64,000 bases of DNA. Origin: a virus. A program made the position numbers and the translations under genes. The notes beneath the pieces were generated by a model that saw only the letters and a list, made by a program, of their open reading frames with translations, did not search any database and was not told the DNA's origin. The stretch is from positions 29,706-93,705 of the IMG/VR virus record IMGVR_UViG_3300043775_002839. One strand, written 5' to 3'. Of this stretch, positions 46,875 to 55,949 are shown one piece after another; the stretch's first letter is position 1, and every line of letters starts with the position of its first letter.

Positions 46875-49800
46875 GTGACTCAAAGTAATAAACAAATTGT
46901 ACTACTAACAAACCCGTTACAACGAATTGCAGATGCAACTGAAGCAACTACAATAGTTCTTAATAAAATCGCTGAAGTTGTTCTTAATGGCGCAAGTAGT
47001 AAATCCGGAGATACCACTTCAGATGAACTTAAAAAGCAAACAACAATACTTTCTGATATTAGAAGCATTTTAAGGGAGCAGAACAAAGTATTAGCAAATG
47101 GAGCTGGTGCTAAAGGTGGAGCTTCCGGAGGAATGTTCTCTCCGATGTCGGCTAAAGATGTTGGATTAACAGCCCTAATGATAGTTGGAGTTGCTGGAGC
47201 AATTGTTGGAGCAGCCGCAATATTTACATTAGTTCCAGTTATTTCAATAGGACAATTGCTTACAGTATTGGCAGTTGCCGGTATTTTTGCACTTATTGCA
47301 CCGACATTTGTTAAAATTGCAGAAGTACTTAGTGGACAAAAAGATCTTGCTGGAAATGCAAAAGGAGGGGATATGAGTAGTCCAAAGGCAATGTTCGCAC
47401 TTGCCGGAGCCACTGCGCTTGCTATGGTAGGTATTGCAATATCTATAGTCTTAAGTGGCGCAATATTTACTCTAATGCCAGTTATAACAGGTGGTCAATT
47501 CTTAACAGTATTGGCGATTGCAGTTATAATGATTCCAGCCGCTTATGCATACTCAATGATTCTTAAAGCAACTAAAGACCTTAAGAAAGAACAATTAATA
47601 TTCGCAGCAGCTGCAATTCCATTAATGGCAATTGGTATCGTTGCAGCGGCTTATGCATTTATGTTATTACCAAGCGGAGCTAATTTAGTGGCGCCAGATC
47701 CTATATGGGTTCTTAAATCAGCCCTTGCCATTGGTCTTTTTGCAACTGGTTTTTATTTTATTATGAAAGCAATTAAAGGTGCTACTACTAAAGAACTACT
47801 CTATGGCGCCTTAGCAATTCCATTAATTGCGCTATCGATAGTAGCAATTTCGGTTATATTTATGCTATTACCACAAGGAGATAATTTAATGGCACCGGAT
47901 CCTATATGGGTTCTTAAATCAGCGCTTGCAATTGGTCTTTTTGCAACTGGATTCTATTTCATCATGAAAGCCATTAAAGGTGCAACTACTAAAGAACTTA
48001 TTTTTGGTGCAGTAGCCATTCCAATAATGGCAATTGGTATTGTTGCAACCGCATTCATCTTTATGGCAATGCCGGGAAATCCTGTAGCACCAGATCCTAT
48101 ATGGGTTCTTAAATCAGCCCTTGCCATTGGTCTTTTTGCAACTGGATTCTATTTCATTATGAAAGCCATTAAAGGTGCAACTACTAAAGAACTTATTTTT
48201 GGTGCAGTAGCAATTCCAATAATGGCAATTGGTATCGTTGCAACCGCATTCATCTTTATGGCAATGCCAAGCAATCCATCGGCTCCGGATCCTATTTGGG
48301 TCCTTAAATCAGCCCTTGCCATTGGTCTTTTTGCAACTGGATTCTATTTCATCATGAAAGCCATTAAAGGTGCAACAACTAAAGAACTTCTTTTTGGAGC
48401 ACTTGCAATTCCAATAATTGCAGCCAGCATTGTTTTAACATCTTATATTTTTATGGCAATGCCAAGCAATCCATTGGCTCCAGATCCTATATGGGTCCTT
48501 AAATCTGCACTTGCAATTGGACTATTTGCAGTTGGTTTTTATTTTATTATGAAAGCCATTAAAGGAGCATCGCTTAAAGAACTTATTTTTGGTGCTCTTT
48601 CAATTCCAATAATCGCAACCAGCATTGTTTTAACATCTTATATTTTTATGGCGATGCCAAGCAATCCATTGTCTCCGGACCCTATTTGGGTTCTTAAATC
48701 AGCACTTGCTATTGGTCTTTTTGCAGTTGGATTCTATTTTATTATGAAAGCCATTAAAGGAGCATCGCTTAAAGAACTTATTTTTGGTGCTCTTTCAATT
48801 CCAATTATAGCAACCGGTATTGTTTTAACATCTTATATTTTTATGGCGCTACCTGCTACTCAAGTTGCACCAGATCCTGTTTGGGTTCTTAAATCTGCAC
48901 TTGCAATTGGTCTTTTTGCAATTGGTTCCTATTTTGTTATGAAAGCCATTAAAGGAGCAACAACTAAAGAACTACTATTTATGGCGCTTGCAATTCCAAT
49001 TATAGCAACCGGTATTGTCCTAACGGCATATATTTTTATGGCAATGCCAAGCAATCCATTAGCTCCGGATCCTATTTGGGTCCTTAAATCAGCCCTTGCT
49101 ATTGGTCTTTTTGCAATTGGTTCCTATTTTGTTATGAAAGCCATTAAAGGTGCAACAACTAAAGAACTACTATTTATGGCGCTTGCAATTCCAATTATAG
49201 CATTTGGAATTCTTGCAACAGCCTGGATTTTTCAAGGACTTCCAGATGTTTATAAAGCTCCTGAACCGACATGGACTCTTAAATCCGCTCTTGCTATTGT
49301 ACTATTTGGAGCTATGATATATCTTTCAAGTAAAACTATTGGAAAGTTAAGTATGGGTGATATGCTTAAAGCCCTATTAGGGGTTGTTGTAACATCGTTC
49401 GCCATACTTGCAGTAGCATGGTTATTTCAAATGTTGCCTGGTTCATTTGTTGCGCCGCCTTTAGATTGGACCTTAGCAGTCGGAGTTGCACTTGGTGCAT
49501 TTGCCCTGGTCATTACGGCAGTTGGTTTAGCAGTATCGGCGTTGACTCCTGCAACACTTCTCTTAGGAGCATTAGGTATTATAGTAATTGCAATAACAAT
49601 TGTAGCAGTTGGTTGGATTCTTTCACTATTAGAACCTGCAATGCCATCGCTTAAAGCAGTTTCAAATGGATTTGTAGATATTGTGATGGCCCCGGTCCAT
49701 GGAATTATTGATGCATTTGCCAGATTTAAAAATGAGATTGGAGTTGAAAACTTAATCCCTCTTGCTGTTGGTGTAGCTGCCCTAGGAGGAGCCTGGCTGA

Positions 49801-50528
49801 TATTTTCTGCTGCAGTAGCTGGAGGATCTGTTGCTGGATTACTTGGTTCAGCGGCCGGAGCAGTTGGAGCAATATTTAATGGAATAAGTTCTCTTTTTGG
49901 AGGAGATACTCCTTCTCCACTTGATATATTAAAAGAACTTGCGGTACTTGGACCTCAAATACAAACACTAGCAGCCCCGCTTACTGCGGTTGGTGTTGGA
50001 TTTGCAATGATTAATAAGAGCGCAAATGGAGTCTCCAAAGCATTTGAAAGCGTTACTAAATTTGTCGGAGACACTGATGTTGATGATTTAACCGCAAATG
50101 CAAAATCATTAAGTAGTATTGCAAACTCTTATATTAAAATTTCAAATGCAAGTAAAACATTAAATGTAAAAGCAATTGAATCCACTACAAATATGTTTAA
50201 GGCACTTACTGATCTTGCCAAAAATAATGGACAATCTGCAATGGGAATCTTAGCTGATAAATTACTTGTAGCCGTTAAGGAACTTACCGGAGCTGCTAAA
50301 AATCTTGAAGATAGTGTTTCAAAACAAGGTGCTAATACTGCAGCTGCTGGTGATGCAATTGGTGCATCACTTACTAAGGTTAAAGAAACTGTTACTAATG
50401 TTAAGAAGGATGTAAGCAAAATGACTGCCGATGCAAAAGGAGTTATGGACATTCAACCATTAATCGATGCAATAACAAAATTAGAAGACCGCTTTGATAC
50501 GTTTATTACTGTTAAAATAAAACAATAA
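46875..50528 (+). CDS. Tape measure protein with hydrophobic tandem repeats
   Basis: 1217 aa, A/G/I/L-rich helical, located after tube and chaperones. Confidence 0.75.
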   Translation: MTQSNKQIVLLTNPLQRIADATEATTIVLNKIAEVVLNGASSKSGDTTSDELKKQTTILSDIRSILREQNKVLANGAGAKGGASGGMFSPMSAKDVGLTALMIVGVAGAIVGAAAIFTLVPVISIGQLLTVLAVAGIFALIAPTFVKIAEVLSGQKDLAGNAKGGDMSSPKAMFALAGATALAMVGIAISIVLSGAIFTLMPVITGGQFLTVLAIAVIMIPAAYAYSMILKATKDLKKEQLIFAAAAIPLMAIGIVAAAYAFMLLPSGANLVAPDPIWVLKSALAIGLFATGFYFIMKAIKGATTKELLYGALAIPLIALSIVAISVIFMLLPQGDNLMAPDPIWVLKSALAIGLFATGFYFIMKAIKGATTKELIFGAVAIPIMAIGIVATAFIFMAMPGNPVAPDPIWVLKSALAIGLFATGFYFIMKAIKGATTKELIFGAVAIPIMAIGIVATAFIFMAMPSNPSAPDPIWVLKSALAIGLFATGFYFIMKAIKGATTKELLFGALAIPIIAASIVLTSYIFMAMPSNPLAPDPIWVLKSALAIGLFAVGFYFIMKAIKGASLKELIFGALSIPIIATSIVLTSYIFMAMPSNPLSPDPIWVLKSALAIGLFAVGFYFIMKAIKGASLKELIFGALSIPIIATGIVLTSYIFMALPATQVAPDPVWVLKSALAIGLFAIGSYFVMKAIKGATTKELLFMALAIPIIATGIVLTAYIFMAMPSNPLAPDPIWVLKSALAIGLFAIGSYFVMKAIKGATTKELLFMALAIPIIAFGILATAWIFQGLPDVYKAPEPTWTLKSALAIVLFGAMIYLSSKTIGKLSMGDMLKALLGVVVTSFAILAVAWLFQMLPGSFVAPPLDWTLAVGVALGAFALVITAVGLAVSALTPATLLLGALGIIVIAITIVAVGWILSLLEPAMPSLKAVSNGFVDIVMAPVHGIIDAFARFKNEIGVENLIPLAVGVAALGGAWLIFSAAVAGGSVAGLLGSAAGAVGAIFNGISSLFGGDTPSPLDILKELAVLGPQIQTLAAPLTAVGVGFAMINKSANGVSKAFESVTKFVGDTDVDDLTANAKSLSSIANSYIKISNASKTLNVKAIESTTNMFKALTDLAKNNGQSAMGILADKLLVAVKELTGAAKNLEDSVSKQGANTAAAGDAIGASLTKVKETVTNVKKDVSKMTADAKGVMDIQPLIDAITKLEDRFDTFITVKIKQ
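47697..49460 (+). repeat. 195-nt (65-aa) tandem repeat, 8 conserved copies plus a degenerate ninth
   Basis: DP(I/V)WVLKSALAIGLF starts at 47697, 47898, 48093, 48288, 48483, 48678, 48873, 49068; EPTW at 49263. Confidence 0.95.
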
Positions 50529-50570
50529 ACAAATCCCACTTTTTTTATATAATATAAAAATATAAAATCT

Positions 50571-50825
50571 ATGAAATACCTTTATTTTAGCGCGCCATGG
50601 TGCGGACCTTGTAAACAATTAGCACCGAAAATGAAATTGGTTGCAGAAAGTGTTACTGTTGAAAAAATCCTAGTGGATAATGATACAGAAATGACACAAA
50701 AGTATGGAATCCGAAATATTCCAACAGTATTATTAATCGATGAGAATGGAACAGAACTTGAAAGATTCGTAGGGGTTAATCCAGTTGAATTCTATCTTGA
50801 AAAATATACAAATCATGTTAACTAG
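50571..50825 (+). CDS. trxA: Thioredoxin
   Basis: WCGPC, IRNIPT. Confidence 0.93.
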   Translation: MKYLYFSAPWCGPCKQLAPKMKLVAESVTVEKILVDNDTEMTQKYGIRNIPTVLLIDENGTELERFVGVNPVEFYLEKYTNHVN

Positions 50826-51156
50826 AGAATCAATTATCCAAAGGTTATTGGATGAAAAATCCATAACTACCGAAGAGGCTGTTGTCCTATTAAAAACTGA
50901 AGTTACTAAATGGTTGCCGAGTCCGGATCAAAGAATCCCAGGAACTTCAAGTCCTTGGATTGGTCCAGGACCTACTATCCAACCGTATCAGCCATATACC
51001 AGTCCAAATACTCCGTATAATCCAATGTACCCACAATGCGATTGGACTAATAGGCCGGAAACACAACCATATTATGGGGGGACTACATCACATACAGGGA
51101 CTGGAAAAATTAACGCATTTGCATTTAATACTAACGAGAACCTTTGTGCTAAATAA
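50815..51156 (+). CDS. Hypothetical protein with a Pro-rich tail
   Basis: Likely ATG 50815; LLDEKSITTEEAVVLL then P/Y-rich. Confidence 0.55.
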   Translation: MLTRESIIQRLLDEKSITTEEAVVLLKTEVTKWLPSPDQRIPGTSSPWIGPGPTIQPYQPYTSPNTPYNPMYPQCDWTNRPETQPYYGGTTSHTGTGKINAFAFNTNENLCAK

Positions 51157-51167
51157 AAAAGCCAAGG

Positions 51168-51305
51168 TTATTTACCTTGGCCTTTGTAAGCTTTTTTGTA
51201 TTTGTGGGCTCCTTTATTCTTAGTGCTTTTAGTTTTTGCATGAACCCCTTTTCTTTTCTTTTTTGGAGTTGCTGTGAAAGCTCCTCCGGTTGCGCCTTTT
51301 GCCAT
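51168..51305 (-). CDS. Small very basic protein (45 aa, not in ORF track)
   Basis: MAKGATGGAFTATPKKKRKGVHAKTKSTKNKGAHKYKKAYKGQGK; minus-strand GATAAATA upstream. Confidence 0.65.
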   Translation of the reverse strand: MAKGATGGAFTATPKKKRKGVHAKTKSTKNKGAHKYKKAYKGQGK

Positions 51306-51425
51306 GATTTATGGATATTTTTAGTTTAGATTATTTATCTAAACGTTTCCAAAAAAATGATTGAAAAAGTTTTACCGTGTCCCATTTTTTGTTTATATTT
51401 ACACTATAATTAAAATATATAGATT

Positions 51426-52016
51426 ATGAAGAAAATTAAACTATATGAACAATTTATAGAGGAGAGAAGTGGAGAGCTTTTTAATCCTAAGAAAAACAAA
51501 CCAGTAGTATTAAAACCGACCAAAGATACCGAACTAGAAAAGGAATTCTTTAATCTTATTAGTACAGCGTACTCCGAGATTGGAGGACATATCAAGGTCC
51601 AATCACCAGAGGATGTATTTAAAGACCCTGATTGGAACTATTGGGAGGGAATAGATATTCATGGTAGTAATGATTTTGATGTTATCATGTTTGGTGAAAA
51701 AACCCGTTTTGGACTTAAATTCTCAGGAGTTGGCCATGATGGAACCAAAGATGCTAAAAGAGACTATATGGATAGACGAGGAAAGGAACTAAAGCAACTT
51801 GGATATTATATAGAAGTTTCTGGTAAAATTGCAGAAATCTTAATCAATAAATACCAAGTACCTATTGTAACTGACCGAGAGGTTGTAGAAAAGGTATTGG
51901 GTAAAAAAGTCGATTGGATTGGAAACCTAGACGGTGGAACCGGCGGAGGTTGGTACAGTCGAACTATTGGAGGAGGAGCCCATGAAAAGATAATGTTAGG
52001 TAAACCAAAAGCATAA
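51426..52016 (+). CDS. Hypothetical protein with N-terminal MKKIKLYEQFIEE tag
   Basis: ORF plus tag shared with other late proteins. Confidence 0.65.
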   Translation: MKKIKLYEQFIEERSGELFNPKKNKPVVLKPTKDTELEKEFFNLISTAYSEIGGHIKVQSPEDVFKDPDWNYWEGIDIHGSNDFDVIMFGEKTRFGLKFSGVGHDGTKDAKRDYMDRRGKELKQLGYYIEVSGKIAEILINKYQVPIVTDREVVEKVLGKKVDWIGNLDGGTGGGWYSRTIGGGAHEKIMLGKPKA

Positions 52017-52017
52017 T

Positions 52018-52527
52018 ATGAAAGCACTATTTTTACACGGTCTTGAAAGCAACCCAAAAAGCGAAAAGTCAAAGTTCTTAGCAAAGTTTGATGCCGAATG
52101 TCCCGCAATGGACTATAAAAATTCTGGACTATTTAATGAAATCTTAGCAAAGATACAATCTGATAGACCAGATGTTTTAATTGGAAGTTCTATGGGAGGT
52201 TGGTTTGCATATTGTCTTTCAACGATTACTGGAATACCAACTATTCTCTTTAATCCAGCAGTTCATAGTCGTTCAATGGAACCTGTTGTTCAAATGGGAA
52301 GTATGAAGGCAAATCATACTGTTATTCTTGGTAAGAAAGATGACCTAATTAGCACTGAAGGGACACTTGAATGGATTAAAAAGAATCCAGGAAATTTCAA
52401 TGTTCACTTTGAAAACAATGGACACCAAACACCAATTGGTATATTTAAGAAATACGTTCTGAATTCTGGCTATCTTAACGAAATGCAAAGGATTAAAATG
52501 TTTGAGGAATTCAATAGCCTGGATTAA
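52018..52527 (+). CDS. YqiA/YcfP-like alpha/beta hydrolase (esterase)
   Basis: FLHGLES, GSSMGG, NPA, DD, GH catalytic pattern. Confidence 0.85.
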   Translation: MKALFLHGLESNPKSEKSKFLAKFDAECPAMDYKNSGLFNEILAKIQSDRPDVLIGSSMGGWFAYCLSTITGIPTILFNPAVHSRSMEPVVQMGSMKANHTVILGKKDDLISTEGTLEWIKKNPGNFNVHFENNGHQTPIGIFKKYVLNSGYLNEMQRIKMFEEFNSLD

Positions 52528-52550
52528 ACATAAAACTTTAACAAAAATAA

Positions 52551-52604
52551 TTAACCTGACATTTTACCGTGTCAGGTTTTTTGATTATATTTACATATCT
52601 AATT
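52551..52604 (+). promoter_or_regulatory. Repeated putative early promoter (TATATTTACA core)
   Basis: Core at 34759, 51394, 52586, 52804, 53264, 57585, 58507, 63246; near-identical ~55-nt copy at 58472-58524; resembles the Bacteroidetes -7 box TAnnTTTG. Confidence 0.7.
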
Positions 52605-52612
52605 AAAACACC

Positions 52613-52750
52613 ATGGAAAAGAAAAAACTTACAAAGATAAACTTCACATTAGAAGAATGGTTTGATGCCTTAAAGGTGCCGACTCCTCATCGTAATAAAA
52701 AGAAGTATTTCAAGAAAAGAAAGCACAAAGGTAAATCCGAGGATTGTTAA
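52613..52750 (+). CDS. Small basic protein (45 aa), weakly ArfA-like
   Basis: Read by hand: ...PTPHRNKKKYFKKRKHKGK; directly after an early promoter. Confidence 0.55.
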   Translation: MEKKKLTKINFTLEEWFDALKVPTPHRNKKKYFKKRKHKGKSEDC

Positions 52751-52835
52751 TAACTTTAACAAAACTTTAACACTCCGGATTTTCCAGATTCAAAACTATT
52801 GATTATATTTACATATCTAATTAAACAAAGGAATT

Positions 52836-52961
52836 ATGATTATAGCGACCGAATTAGCAGAAAAATTAATAGCCACAGGAAAACTTATTTTTGGAGACTA
52901 TTTTATTAACCTAGAAGGTGAATATTATATTACTCGTAAAAATCTTAATAAAATTAAATAG
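52836..52961 (+). CDS. Small hypothetical early protein (41 aa)
   Basis: ATG just after an early promoter. Confidence 0.5.
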   Translation: MIIATELAEKLIATGKLIFGDYFINLEGEYYITRKNLNKIK

Positions 52962-52963
52962 TT

Positions 52964-53062
52964 ATGAAACAAAATGTAAAAGACAATTTCCAGTTTGCCA
53001 TATTCTGGATTGCTGTTGCTATAGCCACGGCTTTAGTTGTTCATTTTTCATCTGCAGCGTAG
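52964..53062 (+). CDS. Small single-TM peptide (32 aa)
   Basis: FAIFWIAVAIATALVV. Confidence 0.45.
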   Translation: MKQNVKDNFQFAIFWIAVAIATALVVHFSSAA

Positions 53063-53063
53063 T

Positions 53064-53210
53064 ATGAAAAATTCTATTTTATTTGCAAGATGCAAAACCA
53101 GTATCTTGATAGCCATGCTATGCATTAAACTGAGTTGGAATCCCAAACCGCACGGTGCAGCCAGAGCCCTTGATAAGAAATATAAGGCTATTACTTCTGC
53201 AGTATGCTAA
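53064..53210 (+). CDS. Small hypothetical protein (48 aa)
   Basis: Packed ORF read by hand. Confidence 0.4.
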   Translation: MKNSILFARCKTSILIAMLCIKLSWNPKPHGAARALDKKYKAITSAVC

Positions 53211-53296
53211 TAACTTTAACAAAATTTTAACACTCTAGATTTTCACGATTCAAACATATTGATTATATTTACATATCTAATTAAAACAAAGAAATC

Positions 53297-53494
53297 ATGA
53301 CAACAATTACAAACATTCTTAATGCAGCTAAAAGTCTTAACGCTCAAAACTTTGCAAGTTTTCTAGACAACAACAAAATTTCATTCACAATTTTAGATTG
53401 TAACATTATGGACTACAATGATGATTATTTTAACATAATTATCGACAAGTTTGACGAAAACATTTTATTTTTTGACGGTAAATTTCAATCATAA
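53297..53494 (+). CDS. Hypothetical early protein
   Basis: Follows the early promoter at 53264. Confidence 0.6.
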   Translation: MTTITNILNAAKSLNAQNFASFLDNNKISFTILDCNIMDYNDDYFNIIIDKFDENILFFDGKFQS

Positions 53495-53515
53495 TATAAT
53501 TAAAACAAAGAAATC

Positions 53516-53845
53516 ATGGTAACACAAGTACAAATGGAAAGATTAAATGTTAATGATAATAGATTTAACTATTGGGTAGAAGCAGAAGAGTTTAACAAAA
53601 TTAAGCAAGGATATCTACCTAGAAAAATTGAGGCTAACGGTGCTGGAGCAATATTACAAGGTAAAGAACAGTACTATAATGATGTAACTAGATTTTCTTT
53701 TACTCCTACTTATGAATTGAAAGAAGAATATAGAAACACTATTTTTGAAGGGTTAACTCATGAATTTATATTAGAAAGCATTTTTAATGAGGATGGTATG
53801 AATAAAGGATTTGGTAATTTAATTAATAACTTAAGACAAAACTAA
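53516..53845 (+). CDS. Hypothetical protein
   Basis: Shares leader AATTAAAACAAAGAAATCATG with the 53297 gene. Confidence 0.6.
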   Translation: MVTQVQMERLNVNDNRFNYWVEAEEFNKIKQGYLPRKIEANGAGAILQGKEQYYNDVTRFSFTPTYELKEEYRNTIFEGLTHEFILESIFNEDGMNKGFGNLINNLRQN

Positions 53846-54003
53846 TGAAAGTAATCTACATGGAACACACATTGAACCTGATGGCTGCCGGAGGTTTAGA
53901 AATCTTAGCAGCAGTTAAAGAAATTGTAGCATCTGGAACAATAAAACAGACAGAAGTTGGAAATTATTTAGTAATTGAAACAAAATCAGAAGAACAAATA
54001 TAA
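53845..54003 (+). CDS. Small hypothetical protein (52 aa)
   Basis: TAATG overlap with the previous gene. Confidence 0.5.
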   Translation: MKVIYMEHTLNLMAAGGLEILAAVKEIVASGTIKQTEVGNYLVIETKSEEQI

Positions 54004-54008
54004 TTATT

Positions 54009-54227
54009 ATGGAAAAATTAACTACAGGAATCGGATTAATCTTTGCTGGGATAGCATTATTAGTCGTGGCTGCAATCCTTTTTGCATGGCCAGTACAATT
54101 ATTATGGAATGGATGTTTAATTAGTGCAGTTGATGGAGTTCACCCAATAACATTTTGGCAGGCTCTTGGATTGAATTTCTTATTTTCAATCTTATTCAAA
54201 GGTACTTCAACCTCAAGTAAAAAATAA
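54009..54227 (+). CDS. Small membrane protein
   Basis: Two hydrophobic segments, ITFWQALGL. Confidence 0.65.
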   Translation: MEKLTTGIGLIFAGIALLVVAAILFAWPVQLLWNGCLISAVDGVHPITFWQALGLNFLFSILFKGTSTSSKK

Positions 54228-54228
54228 A

Positions 54229-54426
54229 ATGATACACGATATTATTTTATACCTCTTTGTTGGTGTATCTTATTCATTTGGGATATACCAATTAAGAGAA
54301 ATGTTAAATAATAGCAATCCAATTGGAATGCATTTAAAACCATACACCAATGTTGAGCTCTCATTATTGGCCCTATTTTGGCCATTCTTTCTAATAGTGT
54401 TTATTATTTCATTTTTTAAATCTTAA
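54229..54426 (+). CDS. Small membrane protein
   Basis: Two TM segments, FWP. Confidence 0.55.
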   Translation: MIHDIILYLFVGVSYSFGIYQLREMLNNSNPIGMHLKPYTNVELSLLALFWPFFLIVFIISFFKS

Positions 54427-54427
54427 C

Positions 54428-55207
54428 ATGCCAGAATTAGCAGAACTTAAACTTACCGCAGCCTATATTAATACAGTTTCACAGGGTCTCTTTTTTAACA
54501 AGATTGAAAAGAATCCGGAGCATAAAGGTATTGAAGTAGAACCAGAATGTACAGTTTTTAAAATTAGTGCAAAGAGCCGAGGAAAAGAATTGATGGTGTA
54601 TTTAACCTCTCCAATGGGTTGTCAAACCATTCGAATGAACATGGGTATGGCTGGACATTTTCAAATAACCCCAACTGGAAAGGAATCAAAACATGCGCAC
54701 CTTAAGTTCTATTCAGAATGTGGGAAGACCTTGAGTTTTGTAGATGTGCGTCGATTTGGAAAATGGAAAGTTGAAAGTGACTGGTCAGCGGACAGAGGAC
54801 CAGACCCTACACAGGACCTGGAAGGATTTGTTAGAAACATAATGGACAATATTGACAAAAAAGAATTTGATAAACCTGTCCACTTGGTAATGATGAACCA
54901 GAAATACTTTAATGGAATTGGAAACTATTTGCGAGCTGAGATACTTTATAGAGTTCCAAATGCAAATCCATTTCTTCCGGCTCGAGATGTTCTCAAACAA
55001 TACCCTGAGATATTAACGCTTTGTTGCGATGTACCAATGTTTGCTTATGCTATGGGAGGTGGAAGTATTAAAGACTGGAAAAACCCCTTTGGAGAGGATG
55101 CCGTACCGGAACATTTCTTTCAGTGTTACTCAAATCCAACTATGTCAAATATAGTTGACGCAAATGGCCGAAGATTTTGGTACGACCCAAAATGGAATCA
55201 ATTTTAG
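54428..55207 (+). CDS. Fpg/Nei family DNA glycosylase/AP lyase
   Basis: N-terminal MPELAE, RGKE, D.RRFG, H2TH FNGIGNYLRAEILY. Confidence 0.9.
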   Translation: MPELAELKLTAAYINTVSQGLFFNKIEKNPEHKGIEVEPECTVFKISAKSRGKELMVYLTSPMGCQTIRMNMGMAGHFQITPTGKESKHAHLKFYSECGKTLSFVDVRRFGKWKVESDWSADRGPDPTQDLEGFVRNIMDNIDKKEFDKPVHLVMMNQKYFNGIGNYLRAEILYRVPNANPFLPARDVLKQYPEILTLCCDVPMFAYAMGGGSIKDWKNPFGEDAVPEHFFQCYSNPTMSNIVDANGRRFWYDPKWNQF

Positions 55208-55235
55208 TATTATACACTTATGACAAATATTTAGT

Positions 55236-55442
55236 ATGAAACAAACAGCAGTAGAATGGTTGATATTCCATTGGATGGAACTTGATTCCCAGTATTATTT
55301 AGGTGAAATAGGAAGGATAGATTATCGGAACAAAAGAGACTCTATACAAGTAGAAGCCAAAGAAATGGAAAAGCAACAACTTAAAGAAATGTATCTAAAG
55401 GGTATTGAAAACTATGACCCAACTTTTAAAATAAAATTATAA
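55236..55442 (+). CDS. Hypothetical protein
   Basis: MKQTAVEWL...AKEMEKQQ type small phage ORF. Confidence 0.6.
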   Translation: MKQTAVEWLIFHWMELDSQYYLGEIGRIDYRNKRDSIQVEAKEMEKQQLKEMYLKGIENYDPTFKIKL

Positions 55443-55921
55443 TGACTGGAAAAATTGCAATTGTCGGAGCTGCGGCTACCGGTAAGGACTACTTAAGAAA
55501 ACGAATGATGGACAAGGGATTTGAATATGGAGTTTCATGTACAACCCGTTTACCCAGAGAGGGAGAGGTTCATGGAAAGGACTATTATTATATACCAACT
55601 GAGGAATTCGACGCTAAAATTGAAAGAGGAGAATTTGCAGAATGGCAAGAATTTAATGGTTGGAAATATGGTTTGACCAAAGATGAATTTGAGAGATGTG
55701 ATGTAATGATTCTAAATGCAGAGGCTGTCACCTTGCTTGAACCAGAGTATAGAGACCGTGTCTTTGTTATATACTTAGACATCCCAGAATCAATTCGCAG
55801 AGAGCGTCTAGGTGTTCGTGATGACAAAAATGATTCAACTGATAGAAGAATTAATGCGGATAATGAACAATTTAGAAACTTTTTGGATTTTGATTGTAAA
55901 ATAACCAACGAAAACTTTTAA
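55442..55921 (+). CDS. gmk: Guanylate kinase-like protein
   Basis: GAAATGKD, TTRLPREGEVHGKDYYY, YG. Confidence 0.85.
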   Translation: MTGKIAIVGAAATGKDYLRKRMMDKGFEYGVSCTTRLPREGEVHGKDYYYIPTEEFDAKIERGEFAEWQEFNGWKYGLTKDEFERCDVMILNAEAVTLLEPEYRDRVFVIYLDIPESIRRERLGVRDDKNDSTDRRINADNEQFRNFLDFDCKITNENF

Positions 55922-55949
55922 CAATATATAATACCTAAAACAATTTAAA

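Noticed and set aside
47697-49460. Near-identical repeats as a diversity-generating retroelement TR/VR pair
   Set aside because: Tandem in-frame coding repeats with differences not confined to adenines; no reverse transcriptase in the window
52535-53296. Recurring ~50-nt repeats as a CRISPR or mini-array
   Set aside because: Irregular spacing, each copy precedes an ORF start, and copies are dispersed across the window; better explained as promoters
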